DNA of 53,538 nt from a virus (IMGVR_UViG_3300025833_000212:1-53538); one strand, 5' to 3'; shown: positions 35,512-45,714, counted from the stretch's first letter. Program-made: numbers and translations. The notes: a model not told the origin generated them from the sequence alone.

Positions 35512-38391
35512 TTATTTTTTATCCGCAGCCGCTTTTTCTGGGGCTTTGGCCGTGAGCTTTTGGTATTCCTTGAACAGGAAGGCGACCCGGCTGGCATCGT
35601 CGGGCTTGCCCTTGTAGCCGTAGGCGGCATCGACCGCCACATCCAGCGCGGCGTGGGCGGCTTTCAGGTTGGGCGGCATGGTCTCGGGGTTGTAGAGCCA
35701 GGCGAGTGTTTTGCCGGGGTGGGCTGCGCGTGCGTCGAGTACCTTTTGTGCTTCTTTTTCTATAGCTGCTTGCGCAGTATCTACGAGGGCTAGAGGCTGA
35801 TTTGGCTTGGAAACCTTGGGTGGGGTGGGCCAGGGGAAGTTGTTGTAGACGATGGTGTTGGAGTAGCTGTATCTGCTTTCCAATCTTCCGCAAACAGCCC
35901 TCATCCACGCATTGTGCATGGTGCTGGTCAAGATGCCGAAGTGGTACAGCGTGGCATCCGGTATAAAAAACAGTTTGTCGCCACAGACTACCTCAGGCTC
36001 CAAATAGCCAATCGGTATGAAGCGACGGTTTTCAGAGGACACTTTGGGAATGGCCAGATAGCGGGTCTTAGAAATGCGAATTTCACCAAACAAATGCGGG
36101 GTTTCTGCCAGCTTTTGCGTTGGCACTTTGGTACTGGCCAAACGCATCGCTTGAACGGCCTTTAGTCTTTTTCTAAGTTCTGAAGATGGGGCTCGCTCGT
36201 GTTCTGAGCTGTCCATTAACCACAAGCAGTAGCGGGGTTGGCCATTAATGAACTCATCGCCCATTAAAAATGGACGAATAAATTTGGCAGCAATGGCATC
36301 TTGGGTAACCATGAAATCACGCTCTTGCTGATCAAGTAACAAGTGCCCACCATCGGTTGGCTTGCCCCCGTTAAGCATTTCTGGCGCATCAGAACAGATC
36401 AAATCGCGTCGTCTTTCAAGCGTGACGTTGGGCGCATCAACGAGGTAGGGATTCACATTTTTGGCTTTTTTCCCTTTAGGTTCGCCGTTGACATCTTCGT
36501 AATCCCAAATCACTTTTTTGTGTTTATCTGCCAACGCAAAGCCAATCACCACACAATGCACCGCCGCAATGCCGTGGCCTTTGTTGCTCCAGCGGAAGGT
36601 ACGGTGGGCAAAGTTGATTTTGATACCTTGTTGAAGCATCCAGCGCCACAGCACGCCCACCTGTTCACCCTGAGTAATACTGTTGGTCGATACAAACGCA
36701 CAGCCCATCGGTAGCGGCGTGCGCGGGGTATCGGAAGGCAAGGTAGCCAGTTGCGCCGGGGTCATGCCATACAAATAGCTTGCAGCACAGATGTACCAGG
36801 CGCAAACATAGTCCAGCACGCCCGCCCCGTCCATGCCAACGCACACCAGCCCCATGTCAATTTTTTGCGCTGCGCTTTGATATGTTTTCCCAACAAACGG
36901 CGGATTCCCCACCACAAAGCTGCATTCACGCGCAGGCAGCACGCTGTTCCAGTCAACCCGCAAAGCATTGGCGTGCAGGATGTTGGCGTGGGCCGTGAGC
37001 GGCAGGCGCACATAGGGCTGGCCGTCAGCGGTTTTGACGCGGCGGTTCATCTGGTGGTCAGTCAGCCATAGCGCCACGGTGGCGATTTGCACCGCGCTGG
37101 GATCAATTTCGATACCGTAGAACTGATCGACGTTGACCTCGGGGAAGCGCTGGGTTTGACCCTTGATGGCACTCAGCAGCCCTAGAGCTTCTTCTTCGAG
37201 CATTCGGATTTCGCGGTAAATGACTACTAAAAAGTTGCCACAACCGCAGGCTGGGTCCAAAAACTTGAGCTGGCGCAGGCGGGCCAGGTAGGCGTTGAGT
37301 TTTTTGGCTTCTGTGCGGATGGCGCGCAACTCGGCTTTCAGATCATCCAGAAACAACGGATCAATGGCCTTGCGGATGTTGGCCTCAGAGGTGTAGTGCT
37401 CGCCATATTCACGCCGCTTTTTAGTCTTGCCTTTTTTGGCCTCGTCCTCAAAGTGCATGATGGCCTGAAACAGCGAGCCAAAGATGTCGGGGCTGATTTC
37501 TGACCAGTCGGTGTCAGTGCAGGCCAGCAGGGCTTTGCGTGTGTCTTCGTCAAAATAGCACGGCTTGATGCGCCCTGAAAACAGGTTGCCGTTGATGTAA
37601 GGAAACGGTTTGAGGATGGAATAGAGCTTGGGCGGGCGCTTGTTGCCATCGGTCTGAGTGTCCAGGGTGTCAAACAGCAAGTCCAACATGCCACTCAAGT
37701 CCCAGCCGTCGGCGCGGCTGTTTTGCACCAGTTTTGTGAACAGGTGGGGCGCGCCAAACAGGACAGTGTCATCCCCAAACAGGCAAAACAGCACGCGCAC
37801 CAGCAGGGTTTCAAGGTCTTTGCCGCCGTAGCCGGTGGCTTTGACGGCATCATGCAGATCGGCCAGCGCGTTGGCGGCGGCGGTGTTTGCTGCTTCCTGG
37901 CGGGCGATAGCTATTTTTTCGTAGCCGCACAAAAAGCCCATGGCCTCGACGTGTTGCCTGAAGTTTCCCAGTGCAAAGCACAGGGGTGGCGCATGCCGGT
38001 CTTTGCTGATGCCGTGGTCGTAGAGGTGCAGATTTTGAAAGTCGCTCACCAGCAGGTAGCGGGGCCGGTCAGCCTCAGCCAGAAGGCCGGTGTAGCGCAG
38101 GGCCTGTGCGTAGGCATCGGTAAGGTCTTTTCCCTTGGACTTCATTTCTACCAGCAGCAGGCCAGGGAAGAAGCCGTCTATGCGGTTGATGCCACTGACC
38201 TCAAGGCCGTCTGCATCTTGTTTTTTGATGCGCCGCTCAAATTCAACGCTATGTCGGTAGTCCAGCCCGTAAACCCAGCACAGCTCACGCACAAAGGTTT
38301 GCGCAAAACCTGATTCGTAGCCCTTGTCGGCGAAGTATTTGGAGAATTCGTCCGCGTGGGTCTGCATGTCGTCAAGTGTGAGTGTGGTCAT
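35512..38391 (-). CDS. MmeI-like type IIL restriction-modification enzyme
   Basis: E...AQTF...RIDGFFPGLLLVEMKS (PD-ExK nuclease), FLDPACGCGNFL, VGNPPF, FVSTNSITQGEQV, GRLESRYSYSNTIVYNNFPWP. Confidence 0.9.
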   Translation of the reverse strand: MTTLTLDDMQTHADEFSKYFADKGYESGFAQTFVRELCWVYGLDYRHSVEFERRIKKQDADGLEVSGINRIDGFFPGLLLVEMKSKGKDLTDAYAQALRYTGLLAEADRPRYLLVSDFQNLHLYDHGISKDRHAPPLCFALGNFRQHVEAMGFLCGYEKIAIARQEAANTAAANALADLHDAVKATGYGGKDLETLLVRVLFCLFGDDTVLFGAPHLFTKLVQNSRADGWDLSGMLDLLFDTLDTQTDGNKRPPKLYSILKPFPYINGNLFSGRIKPCYFDEDTRKALLACTDTDWSEISPDIFGSLFQAIMHFEDEAKKGKTKKRREYGEHYTSEANIRKAIDPLFLDDLKAELRAIRTEAKKLNAYLARLRQLKFLDPACGCGNFLVVIYREIRMLEEEALGLLSAIKGQTQRFPEVNVDQFYGIEIDPSAVQIATVALWLTDHQMNRRVKTADGQPYVRLPLTAHANILHANALRVDWNSVLPARECSFVVGNPPFVGKTYQSAAQKIDMGLVCVGMDGAGVLDYVCAWYICAASYLYGMTPAQLATLPSDTPRTPLPMGCAFVSTNSITQGEQVGVLWRWMLQQGIKINFAHRTFRWSNKGHGIAAVHCVVIGFALADKHKKVIWDYEDVNGEPKGKKAKNVNPYLVDAPNVTLERRRDLICSDAPEMLNGGKPTDGGHLLLDQQERDFMVTQDAIAAKFIRPFLMGDEFINGQPRYCLWLMDSSEHERAPSSELRKRLKAVQAMRLASTKVPTQKLAETPHLFGEIRISKTRYLAIPKVSSENRRFIPIGYLEPEVVCGDKLFFIPDATLYHFGILTSTMHNAWMRAVCGRLESRYSYSNTIVYNNFPWPTPPKVSKPNQPLALVDTAQAAIEKEAQKVLDARAAHPGKTLAWLYNPETMPPNLKAAHAALDVAVDAAYGYKGKPDDASRVAFLFKEYQKLTAKAPEKAAADKK
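35749..35813 (+). repeat. palindromic element copy C, in-frame within the type IIL R-M gene
   Basis: TGCTTCTTTTTCTATAGCTGCTTGCGCAGTATCTACGAGGGCTAGAGGCTGATTTGGCTTGGAAA; encodes SKPNQPLALVDTAQAAIEKEA on minus strand. Confidence 0.7.
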
Positions 38392-38426
38392 GGTGCTTGC
38401 TTGGTGGTGATTGGGCAAGTCTAGCC

Positions 38427-38468
38427 CGGAAAACACCCGCATTCTGAGGGTGTTGCGCTGCCTACTAT
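38427..38468 (+). promoter_or_regulatory. putative late promoter 6 (leaderless portal transcript)
   Basis: CGGAAAACAC + 26 nt + TACTAT; ATG 6 nt downstream, no RBS. Confidence 0.75.
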
Positions 38469-38474
38469 GACGCC

Positions 38475-40040
38475 ATGCCAGTCACCCCAAAAACCACCAC
38501 AGCCCCCACCGGCGTTCTTTCCCGCATGGGAATGAGCGCCAGGCGCTGGGCTTCGTCCTTTATTTCTCCATCCAAAGAAATCAAGGAATCCGACACCTTT
38601 TTGTATGGTGCAGGCAGCACCACGGTGGCCGCTTTGCTGGGCACCGGCAAGCGCACGGCGCGATCCAGGCAGGCTATTTACGAAAAGTGGTCAGGCATGG
38701 AGGCAGATGCGGTAGTTTCTACCGCGCTGTTGATGCTGGTGACATCGGCGCTGGGCGGGCATGAAACCAGCGGCGACCTGGTGTTTGTTGAAAAAACACC
38801 TGCTGCCACCAAAGACAAGCGCATGGGCGCCATTGTTGACGAAATCTCGTCTGACCTGACTCCACTGTTCAATCGCGTGGCTTTCCAGATGGCCTACACC
38901 GGGGCGGTGTTTGGCGATGCCTACGCCCGCATTTACGCAAATTCAACCGGGGTGGTTGACTTGTACGCCGATGAAATGGTGCGCCCGCCGCTGGTACAGC
39001 CGTTTGAGCGGGGCTCGCGCACGGTGGGGTATGCGGTCTACACCGGGCCGCGCAACTTCCAAAAGCTTGATGTGTCGCAACTGGCGCGCATGAAAATGCC
39101 GCGCACGCAGTGGGTGCCACAACACGGGGTGATTGAGAAGTCTTTGCGTCTGGCCATGACCGAAGACGACATTGACCAATTGCCGGTGATGCCCGCCATG
39201 GTTGGGGGCTCGCTGATTTACAACGCCGAAGAGGCGTATGACAGCCTGACTTCGACGCTGCTGGGCCTGGTGAGCCAGCGCTGGAAGAATTCGCTTGACC
39301 ACCGCATTGTGGGCATTCAGCTGGAAAACACAACCCTTGAGCAGCGCGAGATTTTCACGGCATCGGTGGTGGACATGTTCAAGACGGTTAAGGCCACGAT
39401 TGCAGAGGCCATCAAAAACGGCCAGCCGGTGGCCGAAAGCATCACCTCGATCTTGCCGATGTGGAACGACAAGCAGCTGATCAACCTGACAACGCCTGAC
39501 AAGTCGGGTGCACAAACCATCTCGATTGACGATGTGATGCTGCACGCGCGAATGCTGTCTGGGGCGATTGGGGTTGACCTGTCGATGCTGGGGTTTGCCG
39601 ACCAGTTGTCGGGTGGACTGGGGGACGGCGGCTTCTTTCGGGTGTCGGCGCAAGCTGCGGAGCGGGCGCGCATCATCCGCGTGGCGCTGGCTGAGTTTTT
39701 CAACCAGGTGGTGGATGTGCACACGCTGCGCCGCTACGGTGTAGTGTTCTCGCCCAAAGAGCGCCCGTGGGCCATTAATTTCTATGGCTCAATCTCTGCG
39801 CTTGAAGCAGAAAAGCAGCGCACTAAGGCCGATTCCATGAATTCCGGCGCCTTGCTGGTGCAGGCCATGCAAGCAATGAAGGACATAGGCGCCAACAAGG
39901 AGATCATGGCTGAGTTTTTGGCAAAGACAATGATGCTTGACGAAGACCAGGCCAAGCTGTTTGCCACCATTGTGGATGCAAAACCACCGGACGGCGCTGA
40001 TGAAGGCAGCTTTGGCGGGGCGCGTAATGGGCTTGTTTAA
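38475..40040 (+). CDS. portal protein (P1 Prt-like)
   Basis: 521 aa; RQAIYEKW..ME.D..VSTAL, FGDAYARIY, GVDLSMLGF.DQLSGGLGDGGFFR. Confidence 0.7.
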   Translation: MPVTPKTTTAPTGVLSRMGMSARRWASSFISPSKEIKESDTFLYGAGSTTVAALLGTGKRTARSRQAIYEKWSGMEADAVVSTALLMLVTSALGGHETSGDLVFVEKTPAATKDKRMGAIVDEISSDLTPLFNRVAFQMAYTGAVFGDAYARIYANSTGVVDLYADEMVRPPLVQPFERGSRTVGYAVYTGPRNFQKLDVSQLARMKMPRTQWVPQHGVIEKSLRLAMTEDDIDQLPVMPAMVGGSLIYNAEEAYDSLTSTLLGLVSQRWKNSLDHRIVGIQLENTTLEQREIFTASVVDMFKTVKATIAEAIKNGQPVAESITSILPMWNDKQLINLTTPDKSGAQTISIDDVMLHARMLSGAIGVDLSMLGFADQLSGGLGDGGFFRVSAQAAERARIIRVALAEFFNQVVDVHTLRRYGVVFSPKERPWAINFYGSISALEAEKQRTKADSMNSGALLVQAMQAMKDIGANKEIMAEFLAKTMMLDEDQAKLFATIVDAKPPDGADEGSFGGARNGLV

Positions 40041-40896
40041 CAGCATCTCTGCTGGCATCGGCAGCCAGGCCAATGGCTTTGCGGGTCAGGTGTCAAGCGC
40101 ATTGGGCGGGGGCAGGGCGGCATCAGCGCTGGCAAAAGCCGGTGCCAACATGGGCGCCAGCGCAGCCATGGGGCTGGTAAACAACATTGTGCCAGCGGGC
40201 GTGCAGAAGGCACTCAATACCGGCGCTTCGATGCTGGGAGACATTCAGGCCGGGAACTTTGATGGCGCGGCCATGCGCCTGCTTGACGGTGGCTACCTTG
40301 ACAAACTCATTCCAGGAGCCAGCGGGGCGGCTTCTCAGCTGGCTTACTGGGGCACGCCAACGCCTCTGATGGGTGGCGTCACGCCCAAAGAAGCACAACA
40401 AATCCACGACGCTTTGCGCGGGCAGGGGCTGGCGAAGAAAAATCTGTGGATGCTGGAAGTGTCAAGCCAGCTGATGGGTAAGGACGCCTCGAAAGCGTTC
40501 AACATTTTGGCCACCGAGGTGGATTTTGCGCCCATGACCATCTCGGGCGACAAAAAGAAAATTGGCTCAGCCTCGGCAGACTGCGTGCAGTCTAGTGAGC
40601 CAGTGGAGTTGCGTGTTACCACCATGGACACCAAAGACGGCTTTATCAAGCGCTGGTTCCAGAGGCACTATGACGCTGTGGTGTCTGAGGACGGCACAGT
40701 AGGACATCCCTACAGCTACGCCATCAAGATCAAAATTGTTCACGCCTTCATCACTGATGCCAGCAACCGGGGTGGCTACGATGTGATGGGGTTGTACCGC
40801 CCCGCCAATCTTGAGATCAGCCTGTCGCGCCGGGAGGATGCCTTGCACGAGGTGCAAATGACGTTTACGCAACTAGACACTTTTATGAGACCTTGA
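40027..40896 (+). CDS. tail tube-like / baseplate protein
   Basis: Gly/Ala-rich N-terminus, C-terminal tube-like beta domain (VELRVTTMD...IKRWF...EVQMTFTQ). Confidence 0.5.
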   Translation: MGLFNSISAGIGSQANGFAGQVSSALGGGRAASALAKAGANMGASAAMGLVNNIVPAGVQKALNTGASMLGDIQAGNFDGAAMRLLDGGYLDKLIPGASGAASQLAYWGTPTPLMGGVTPKEAQQIHDALRGQGLAKKNLWMLEVSSQLMGKDASKAFNILATEVDFAPMTISGDKKKIGSASADCVQSSEPVELRVTTMDTKDGFIKRWFQRHYDAVVSEDGTVGHPYSYAIKIKIVHAFITDASNRGGYDVMGLYRPANLEISLSRREDALHEVQMTFTQLDTFMRP

Positions 40897-40898
40897 CC

Positions 40899-43880
40899 AT
40901 GGCACTCAAACACGATGCGCAAGGTTTTCTTGCTGGAGACCCGATTGACATTGGCCGCGCCTTGTCAGTGTGGGATGAAATCAGCCGTGACGTGAAGGCC
41001 ATCCGGGCGACTATGGGCGCATTGTCCGCACCGCCTTCAACCCCATCAAACGTGTCCGTCAGGGCGGCTAATGACGCACCGATGCACCGAGAGTTTCCAC
41101 AGAGGGCGACCGGCAGCGACCTTGCAGCGGTTTTGCCCAAAGAGAAAAAGCAGCCGCCCCAGGTGGCGTCGGTGCTGGTGTCGCTCAATCAGGCTGGAGG
41201 AAAGACGACGGCAACACCCCGGGCGCGGGACAGCGTGGGCCGGTTCGTCAAGGTTGGAAAACCAAAAGACCAGTCAACATCCGCGTTTCCGACTGAGCCC
41301 AAGGCTCAAACACCCAGCAGCACGCTGACAACCATCAGAAACAAAGCGACCAAGACTAAAGTGAGCCCAGCAATACCCGCTGGCCGAGGAAAAAATGGCC
41401 GCTTTGAGAAAGTCAGCCAGCCCAAGTCACCAGGCAGCCACGACGGCGGCCAGCCCGGCAGCAGAACATCTGACGACTCATTAAGCGCCGAATCACGCAC
41501 GCTTCTAGACCGCTTGACCAGCACATTGACCAATACAGCCACCGGCGCCGGGAATTCACTCGAAGACGCTGATCCGGCAGTCAAGGCAGTGCAGGAAATT
41601 GCGCAGCCCCTGTCGCGCGGCTACAAGATGCTGATGGGCGATGGCGCGGAAAAGAAAAAAGAGGGCTGGTACAGGCGCATCTATGCATCCTTGACGGGGC
41701 TTAGAAAAGAAGAAGAAAAAGCCAACAAGGCAACCCTCAAAAGCCTGAAAGTGTTGGAAGAAAAGCCTGTGGGTGACCAGAATCAAACCGGGTTCTGGGG
41801 TGGCATTCTGAAAGGCTTGTTGGGGATTGGCCCGGCCATCGTAACGGCATTGATGGCGTTTTTATCAAAAATACCCGTCATCGGCAAGTTATTCGGCGGC
41901 GGCGAAAAAGCGCCTGCGGGCGGCGTGCGAGGTGGGTTCCCAAAAGGCGCCATGGCCAAGGGATTTTTGAGAAAACTACCTCTGATTGGTGCCTTGTTTG
42001 GCGCAGTGGGTGCTGCCTCTGACATCTATGGAAGCGAGACCGACGACAAGCTCACGCGCAAAGAAAAAGACCAAAACGCAGGAAAGGCCACAGGCGGACT
42101 TGCGGGAACTCTGGCTGGCGGATGGGCGGGCGCGTCGGCCGGTGCCGCCATTGGCTTGCTGGGCGGGCCCATCGGCGCGGCCATTGGCGGCGTGGTGGGC
42201 GGCGCAGTTGGCATGTTCTTCGGTGACCAGGCTGGCCAGATCATGGGCGAGACCATTGGCGGCTGGGTGGGTGAGTTGCGCCAGGTGGACATTGCCGGGC
42301 GCATTGCGATGGCATGGGAGAGTGTGACTGGTGCGATCTCTGGCTACTGGACGACCGCCATGGGCGCATGGGACGCCACAGCGCAATCGGTATCTGGCGC
42401 ATGGGACGGCGTGGTGGCATCGTTTGCCAAGGTTTCTGAGGGCATTGGCAAAGCCTGGGGCGATTTTGTGGCCCTTGCCAAGTCGGGTTGGGATTCGTTT
42501 TCCGGCTTGTTTAAGTCGGCCTACGAGGGACTGAAGTCACTTCCGGTGGTTGGTGCAGCGATTCAAGCGGCTGAGGATGCGGCCAAAGCCACAGCAGCGG
42601 CAGCCAGCAAGGTAGCGGCCAAAGCCGTGGAAGCGGCCAAAGAGGCGGCAGCCAAGGCGGCAACTGCAGCGAAAGAAAAGGCGCAGGCGGTCAAGGAAAA
42701 GGCTGTGGAGGTTGTTGATAAAACCACCACGACGGCCAAAGAGGCGGCGACGGTCGTCAAGGAAAAAGGGGCGGCTGTTGCAAACAAAGCCGTTGATGCC
42801 GTTGAAACTGGAGCGAAAGCAGCCACCAAGGCGGCGGGCGATGGATCGGCATGGGTTGGCAAGAACACCACGGTTGGCAAGGGCGTGGTGGCGGCTTATG
42901 AGGGCGTGAAGTCCGCTGGCAATTGGGCTCTGGGAAAAACCAGCCAGATGTTTGAATCCGGCAAGGGCGGCGCGGGGACGGTGTCCACGGGAAAAGGCGA
43001 TTTTGGCGGGGCATCGTATGGCACTTACCAGCTATCGTCAAAGCAGGGCAAAGTGCAAGACTTTTTGAAGTCGGGCAAGTACGGCAATCAGTTTGCCGGG
43101 TTGCAGCCTGGAACGCCTGAGTTCAATGCCAAGTGGAAGGATGTCTCGAAAGCTGATCCTGAATTTGGCAATGCCCAGCACGAGTACATAAAAAAGACCA
43201 ATTTTGATCCGGCGGCACAGGGGCTAAAAGCTGCTGGCATGGATTTATCTGGGCGGGGCGCGGCTGTGCAGGATGCGCTGTGGTCAACATCAGTTCAATT
43301 TGGTGCTGGAAGCCAAAAAAAGGGGAGCGGCGCTATCGGCATGTTCCAAAAGGCATTGGCTGGAAAAGATGTTGCCAAAATGTCAGATGCTGACTTGGTA
43401 ACGGCTGTGCAGGATTACAAGATCAACAATAATGACAAGCTGTTTGCCAGTTCATCAGATGCTGTAAAACAAGGCACGGCGGGGCGGGCGGTTGAGGAAA
43501 AAAAACGGCTGGTGGCACTTGCAGGCCAAGGTAGCACGTCTGATGCGCCTGTTCTCCAGAAGCCAGATGCAATCGCCACGAAAGCGGCAGTACCGATTTC
43601 GCCCTCAAGCGCTGCAACAGTAACAGCCACGTCACCTGCGCCTGTTTTACCAGTGACGGTTGCCACTGCGCAAGTTCAAACAGCCTACGCTCCAGCGCCA
43701 CAGGTTCCCAAGTTTTCGCCTCCGCCCGTCATTGCCGAAGCGCCCGCAGTAGTAAGCCCCATGGGAACTGGTGCTGACAGCCGAAAGCAAGTTGCCGCTG
43801 CCACAGCATCCCAAGATGTTGGCCAAGACCTGAAGGATCGTCGCATTGCACACATTGTGACGGGCGGGTTCAGTGCCTAG
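40899..43880 (+). CDS. tape measure protein with C-terminal lysozyme-like (VgrG3-type muramidase) domain
   Basis: Gly-rich hydrophobic segment, 11-residue W/F repeats, A/K-rich helix; FESG...VSTGKGDFGGASYGTYQL...AQHEYI...QDALWSTSVQFG. Confidence 0.75.
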   Translation: MALKHDAQGFLAGDPIDIGRALSVWDEISRDVKAIRATMGALSAPPSTPSNVSVRAANDAPMHREFPQRATGSDLAAVLPKEKKQPPQVASVLVSLNQAGGKTTATPRARDSVGRFVKVGKPKDQSTSAFPTEPKAQTPSSTLTTIRNKATKTKVSPAIPAGRGKNGRFEKVSQPKSPGSHDGGQPGSRTSDDSLSAESRTLLDRLTSTLTNTATGAGNSLEDADPAVKAVQEIAQPLSRGYKMLMGDGAEKKKEGWYRRIYASLTGLRKEEEKANKATLKSLKVLEEKPVGDQNQTGFWGGILKGLLGIGPAIVTALMAFLSKIPVIGKLFGGGEKAPAGGVRGGFPKGAMAKGFLRKLPLIGALFGAVGAASDIYGSETDDKLTRKEKDQNAGKATGGLAGTLAGGWAGASAGAAIGLLGGPIGAAIGGVVGGAVGMFFGDQAGQIMGETIGGWVGELRQVDIAGRIAMAWESVTGAISGYWTTAMGAWDATAQSVSGAWDGVVASFAKVSEGIGKAWGDFVALAKSGWDSFSGLFKSAYEGLKSLPVVGAAIQAAEDAAKATAAAASKVAAKAVEAAKEAAAKAATAAKEKAQAVKEKAVEVVDKTTTTAKEAATVVKEKGAAVANKAVDAVETGAKAATKAAGDGSAWVGKNTTVGKGVVAAYEGVKSAGNWALGKTSQMFESGKGGAGTVSTGKGDFGGASYGTYQLSSKQGKVQDFLKSGKYGNQFAGLQPGTPEFNAKWKDVSKADPEFGNAQHEYIKKTNFDPAAQGLKAAGMDLSGRGAAVQDALWSTSVQFGAGSQKKGSGAIGMFQKALAGKDVAKMSDADLVTAVQDYKINNNDKLFASSSDAVKQGTAGRAVEEKKRLVALAGQGSTSDAPVLQKPDAIATKAAVPISPSSAATVTATSPAPVLPVTVATAQVQTAYAPAPQVPKFSPPPVIAEAPAVVSPMGTGADSRKQVAAATASQDVGQDLKDRRIAHIVTGGFSA

Positions 43881-43883
43881 CCA

Positions 43884-43925
43884 CGGAAAACACGCCTCTT
43901 TGCACCCACTGCAGCAACCAACAAT
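43884..43925 (+). promoter_or_regulatory. putative late promoter 7 (leaderless)
   Basis: CGGAAAACAC + 26 nt + AACAAT; ATG 6 nt downstream. Confidence 0.75.
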
Positions 43926-43931
43926 GGTGGC

Positions 43932-44222
43932 ATGGCAACAATCACCGGCACAGATATACAGGCAATGGTCAGGCACTGGCTCAATACGCCAGCGGGCACG
44001 TATTTGGGGTCTGACTACGGGTCAAACCTGAATGACTTGCTTCAGCAGCCGCTTGCCAGTGGTATGGCAGATGGTGTGATTGCCAAGATGCACGCTGACA
44101 TTCCTATTTTGAGGTCGCTACCAGACGGTTCCGTCAATATTTACAGCTTGCAAAAGTCCCCGGACAGGCTTGATTTTGTGATTGAGGTGGCAGGCCAAAC
44201 CATTGACGTTCAAGGGGGTTGA
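43932..44222 (+). CDS. gp25/gpW-like baseplate wedge protein
   Basis: HWLNTPAGTYLGSDYGSNL.DLL.QP motif. Confidence 0.75.
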   Translation: MATITGTDIQAMVRHWLNTPAGTYLGSDYGSNLNDLLQQPLASGMADGVIAKMHADIPILRSLPDGSVNIYSLQKSPDRLDFVIEVAGQTIDVQGG

Positions 44223-44223
44223 C

Positions 44224-45714
44224 ATGCTCACCAAGGCAGATTTCCAGCAGGCGATCAAAGATTCAATTGCCTCTTACCCGGCCATTGCGCCGCTATACAA
44301 CGCGGGCGACCCGCGCATCACGCAGCATTTAGACGCCATGGCGACCATGCTGGCCATGTTTTCAGCCCAAATTGAGACGGCGATGGCTGAGCCTTTTGAG
44401 AAGGTTCGAGATGCCACGGTGCTGGCAGATGCCGCTATGCGTGGCATCATAAGAAAAGGCGTTGCAGCCAGGGTGCGCATCAAGGTTGAAAACAAAGGGG
44501 CGGCGCCATTCTTGGTGGATTCAGGCCGCATGGTGTTTGATGCTGCTGGCATGTCTTACAGGCTTGAGAGCTCTGCAACCGTGGCGTCCGGGGCATCTGG
44601 CACGGTCGATGCCGTTCAGATGAAAACCATTACAGTCAACCACACTGTCACCGGTTCAGCGCCGTTTTACGCGATTGAGATTCCAGCCTCTGAAGATGGT
44701 TCTTGGCTTTGCAGCGTGGGGGTGCGTGATGGTGATGGCGAATTCACTTACAGCGACCACTACACCAACGTGGCCAATGGCGACCGGGTGTTTCACATTG
44801 AAACTGATGACCGTCAGAGGGTTTACGTGCGCTTTGGATTTGGTGGTGTTGTGGGTGCTCAGCCAGCAGATGGCACGCAGATATCCATGTCTGTGGCATA
44901 CACGTTTGGCAACATCAACCCGGCATTTGGCAGTCCATTTTCGTTTGAATATCTTGGATCACCGGCCGAGTCGTCGGTTGATTTGTCGATGGATTCGGTG
45001 GTGATACCAGGGCAAGACCCGATCGCTATGAATGTGCTGCGTGATCTGGCCAAGTACCCATCTATTTATGACAGCAATGCGGTGTTCTTGGGTGAGTTCG
45101 ATTTTCTGGTGCGCAGGAACTTCCCGTCCCTGAAATTCTTGTCGGTGTGGAATGAATCCGCCGAAGAGCAGGTGCGCGGCCCCAGTGTGAATAATATCAA
45201 CACCTTGTTTGTGGCGTGCCTGTCTGAAGATGGGTCCGAAAGTGTTCTGACTGAATCCAGTCCGCTGAGCCCGCTGGCACCGGTTGTGATCACGTCACCA
45301 ACAGGAACGCAGGCTGCCATTGAACGCGCCATTTTGACAGCGGACGACAGCTACAGGGTGAAGTTTTACACACCAATCCGGTCAAAAATCTTGATTGCAA
45401 TTGACGCAACGGTGGCAACGTCTTACGCTGCAAGCGATGTCCGCGCAAAAATCATTGACGTCATCGTGTCGAATTTTGGCGAGTCCGCAGCAACTTCAAG
45501 GAGAGGTCGGAGTAAGCCGCTTTACCAGCAAATCTATGCGCTTTTAAAGTCAAAAATACCGGCGCTATCAACCGGCCTATCTGACTTGACGGTGAACATT
45601 CAGACGCCCGCCAATGTCTTGACCAGGCCAGAGTTGTGGCGTTATGTGACGCCCGATAGTCTGACGGTTTCTGTCTCCAATGCCAACGTCATCACGCCTC
45701 AGTGGGGTGGATGA
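44224..45714 (+). CDS. baseplate J-like wedge protein (P1 BplA-like)
   Basis: VYVRFGFGGVVGAQP, PGQDP...LR, AVFLGEFDFL; follows gp25-like gene. Confidence 0.7.
   Translation: MLTKADFQQAIKDSIASYPAIAPLYNAGDPRITQHLDAMATMLAMFSAQIETAMAEPFEKVRDATVLADAAMRGIIRKGVAARVRIKVENKGAAPFLVDSGRMVFDAAGMSYRLESSATVASGASGTVDAVQMKTITVNHTVTGSAPFYAIEIPASEDGSWLCSVGVRDGDGEFTYSDHYTNVANGDRVFHIETDDRQRVYVRFGFGGVVGAQPADGTQISMSVAYTFGNINPAFGSPFSFEYLGSPAESSVDLSMDSVVIPGQDPIAMNVLRDLAKYPSIYDSNAVFLGEFDFLVRRNFPSLKFLSVWNESAEEQVRGPSVNNINTLFVACLSEDGSESVLTESSPLSPLAPVVITSPTGTQAAIERAILTADDSYRVKFYTPIRSKILIAIDATVATSYAASDVRAKIIDVIVSNFGESAATSRRGRSKPLYQQIYALLKSKIPALSTGLSDLTVNIQTPANVLTRPELWRYVTPDSLTVSVSNANVITPQWGG

Noticed and set aside
42560-42840. 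AAK/EAAK low-complexity repeats
   Set aside because: Ordinary helical repeats of a tape measure protein
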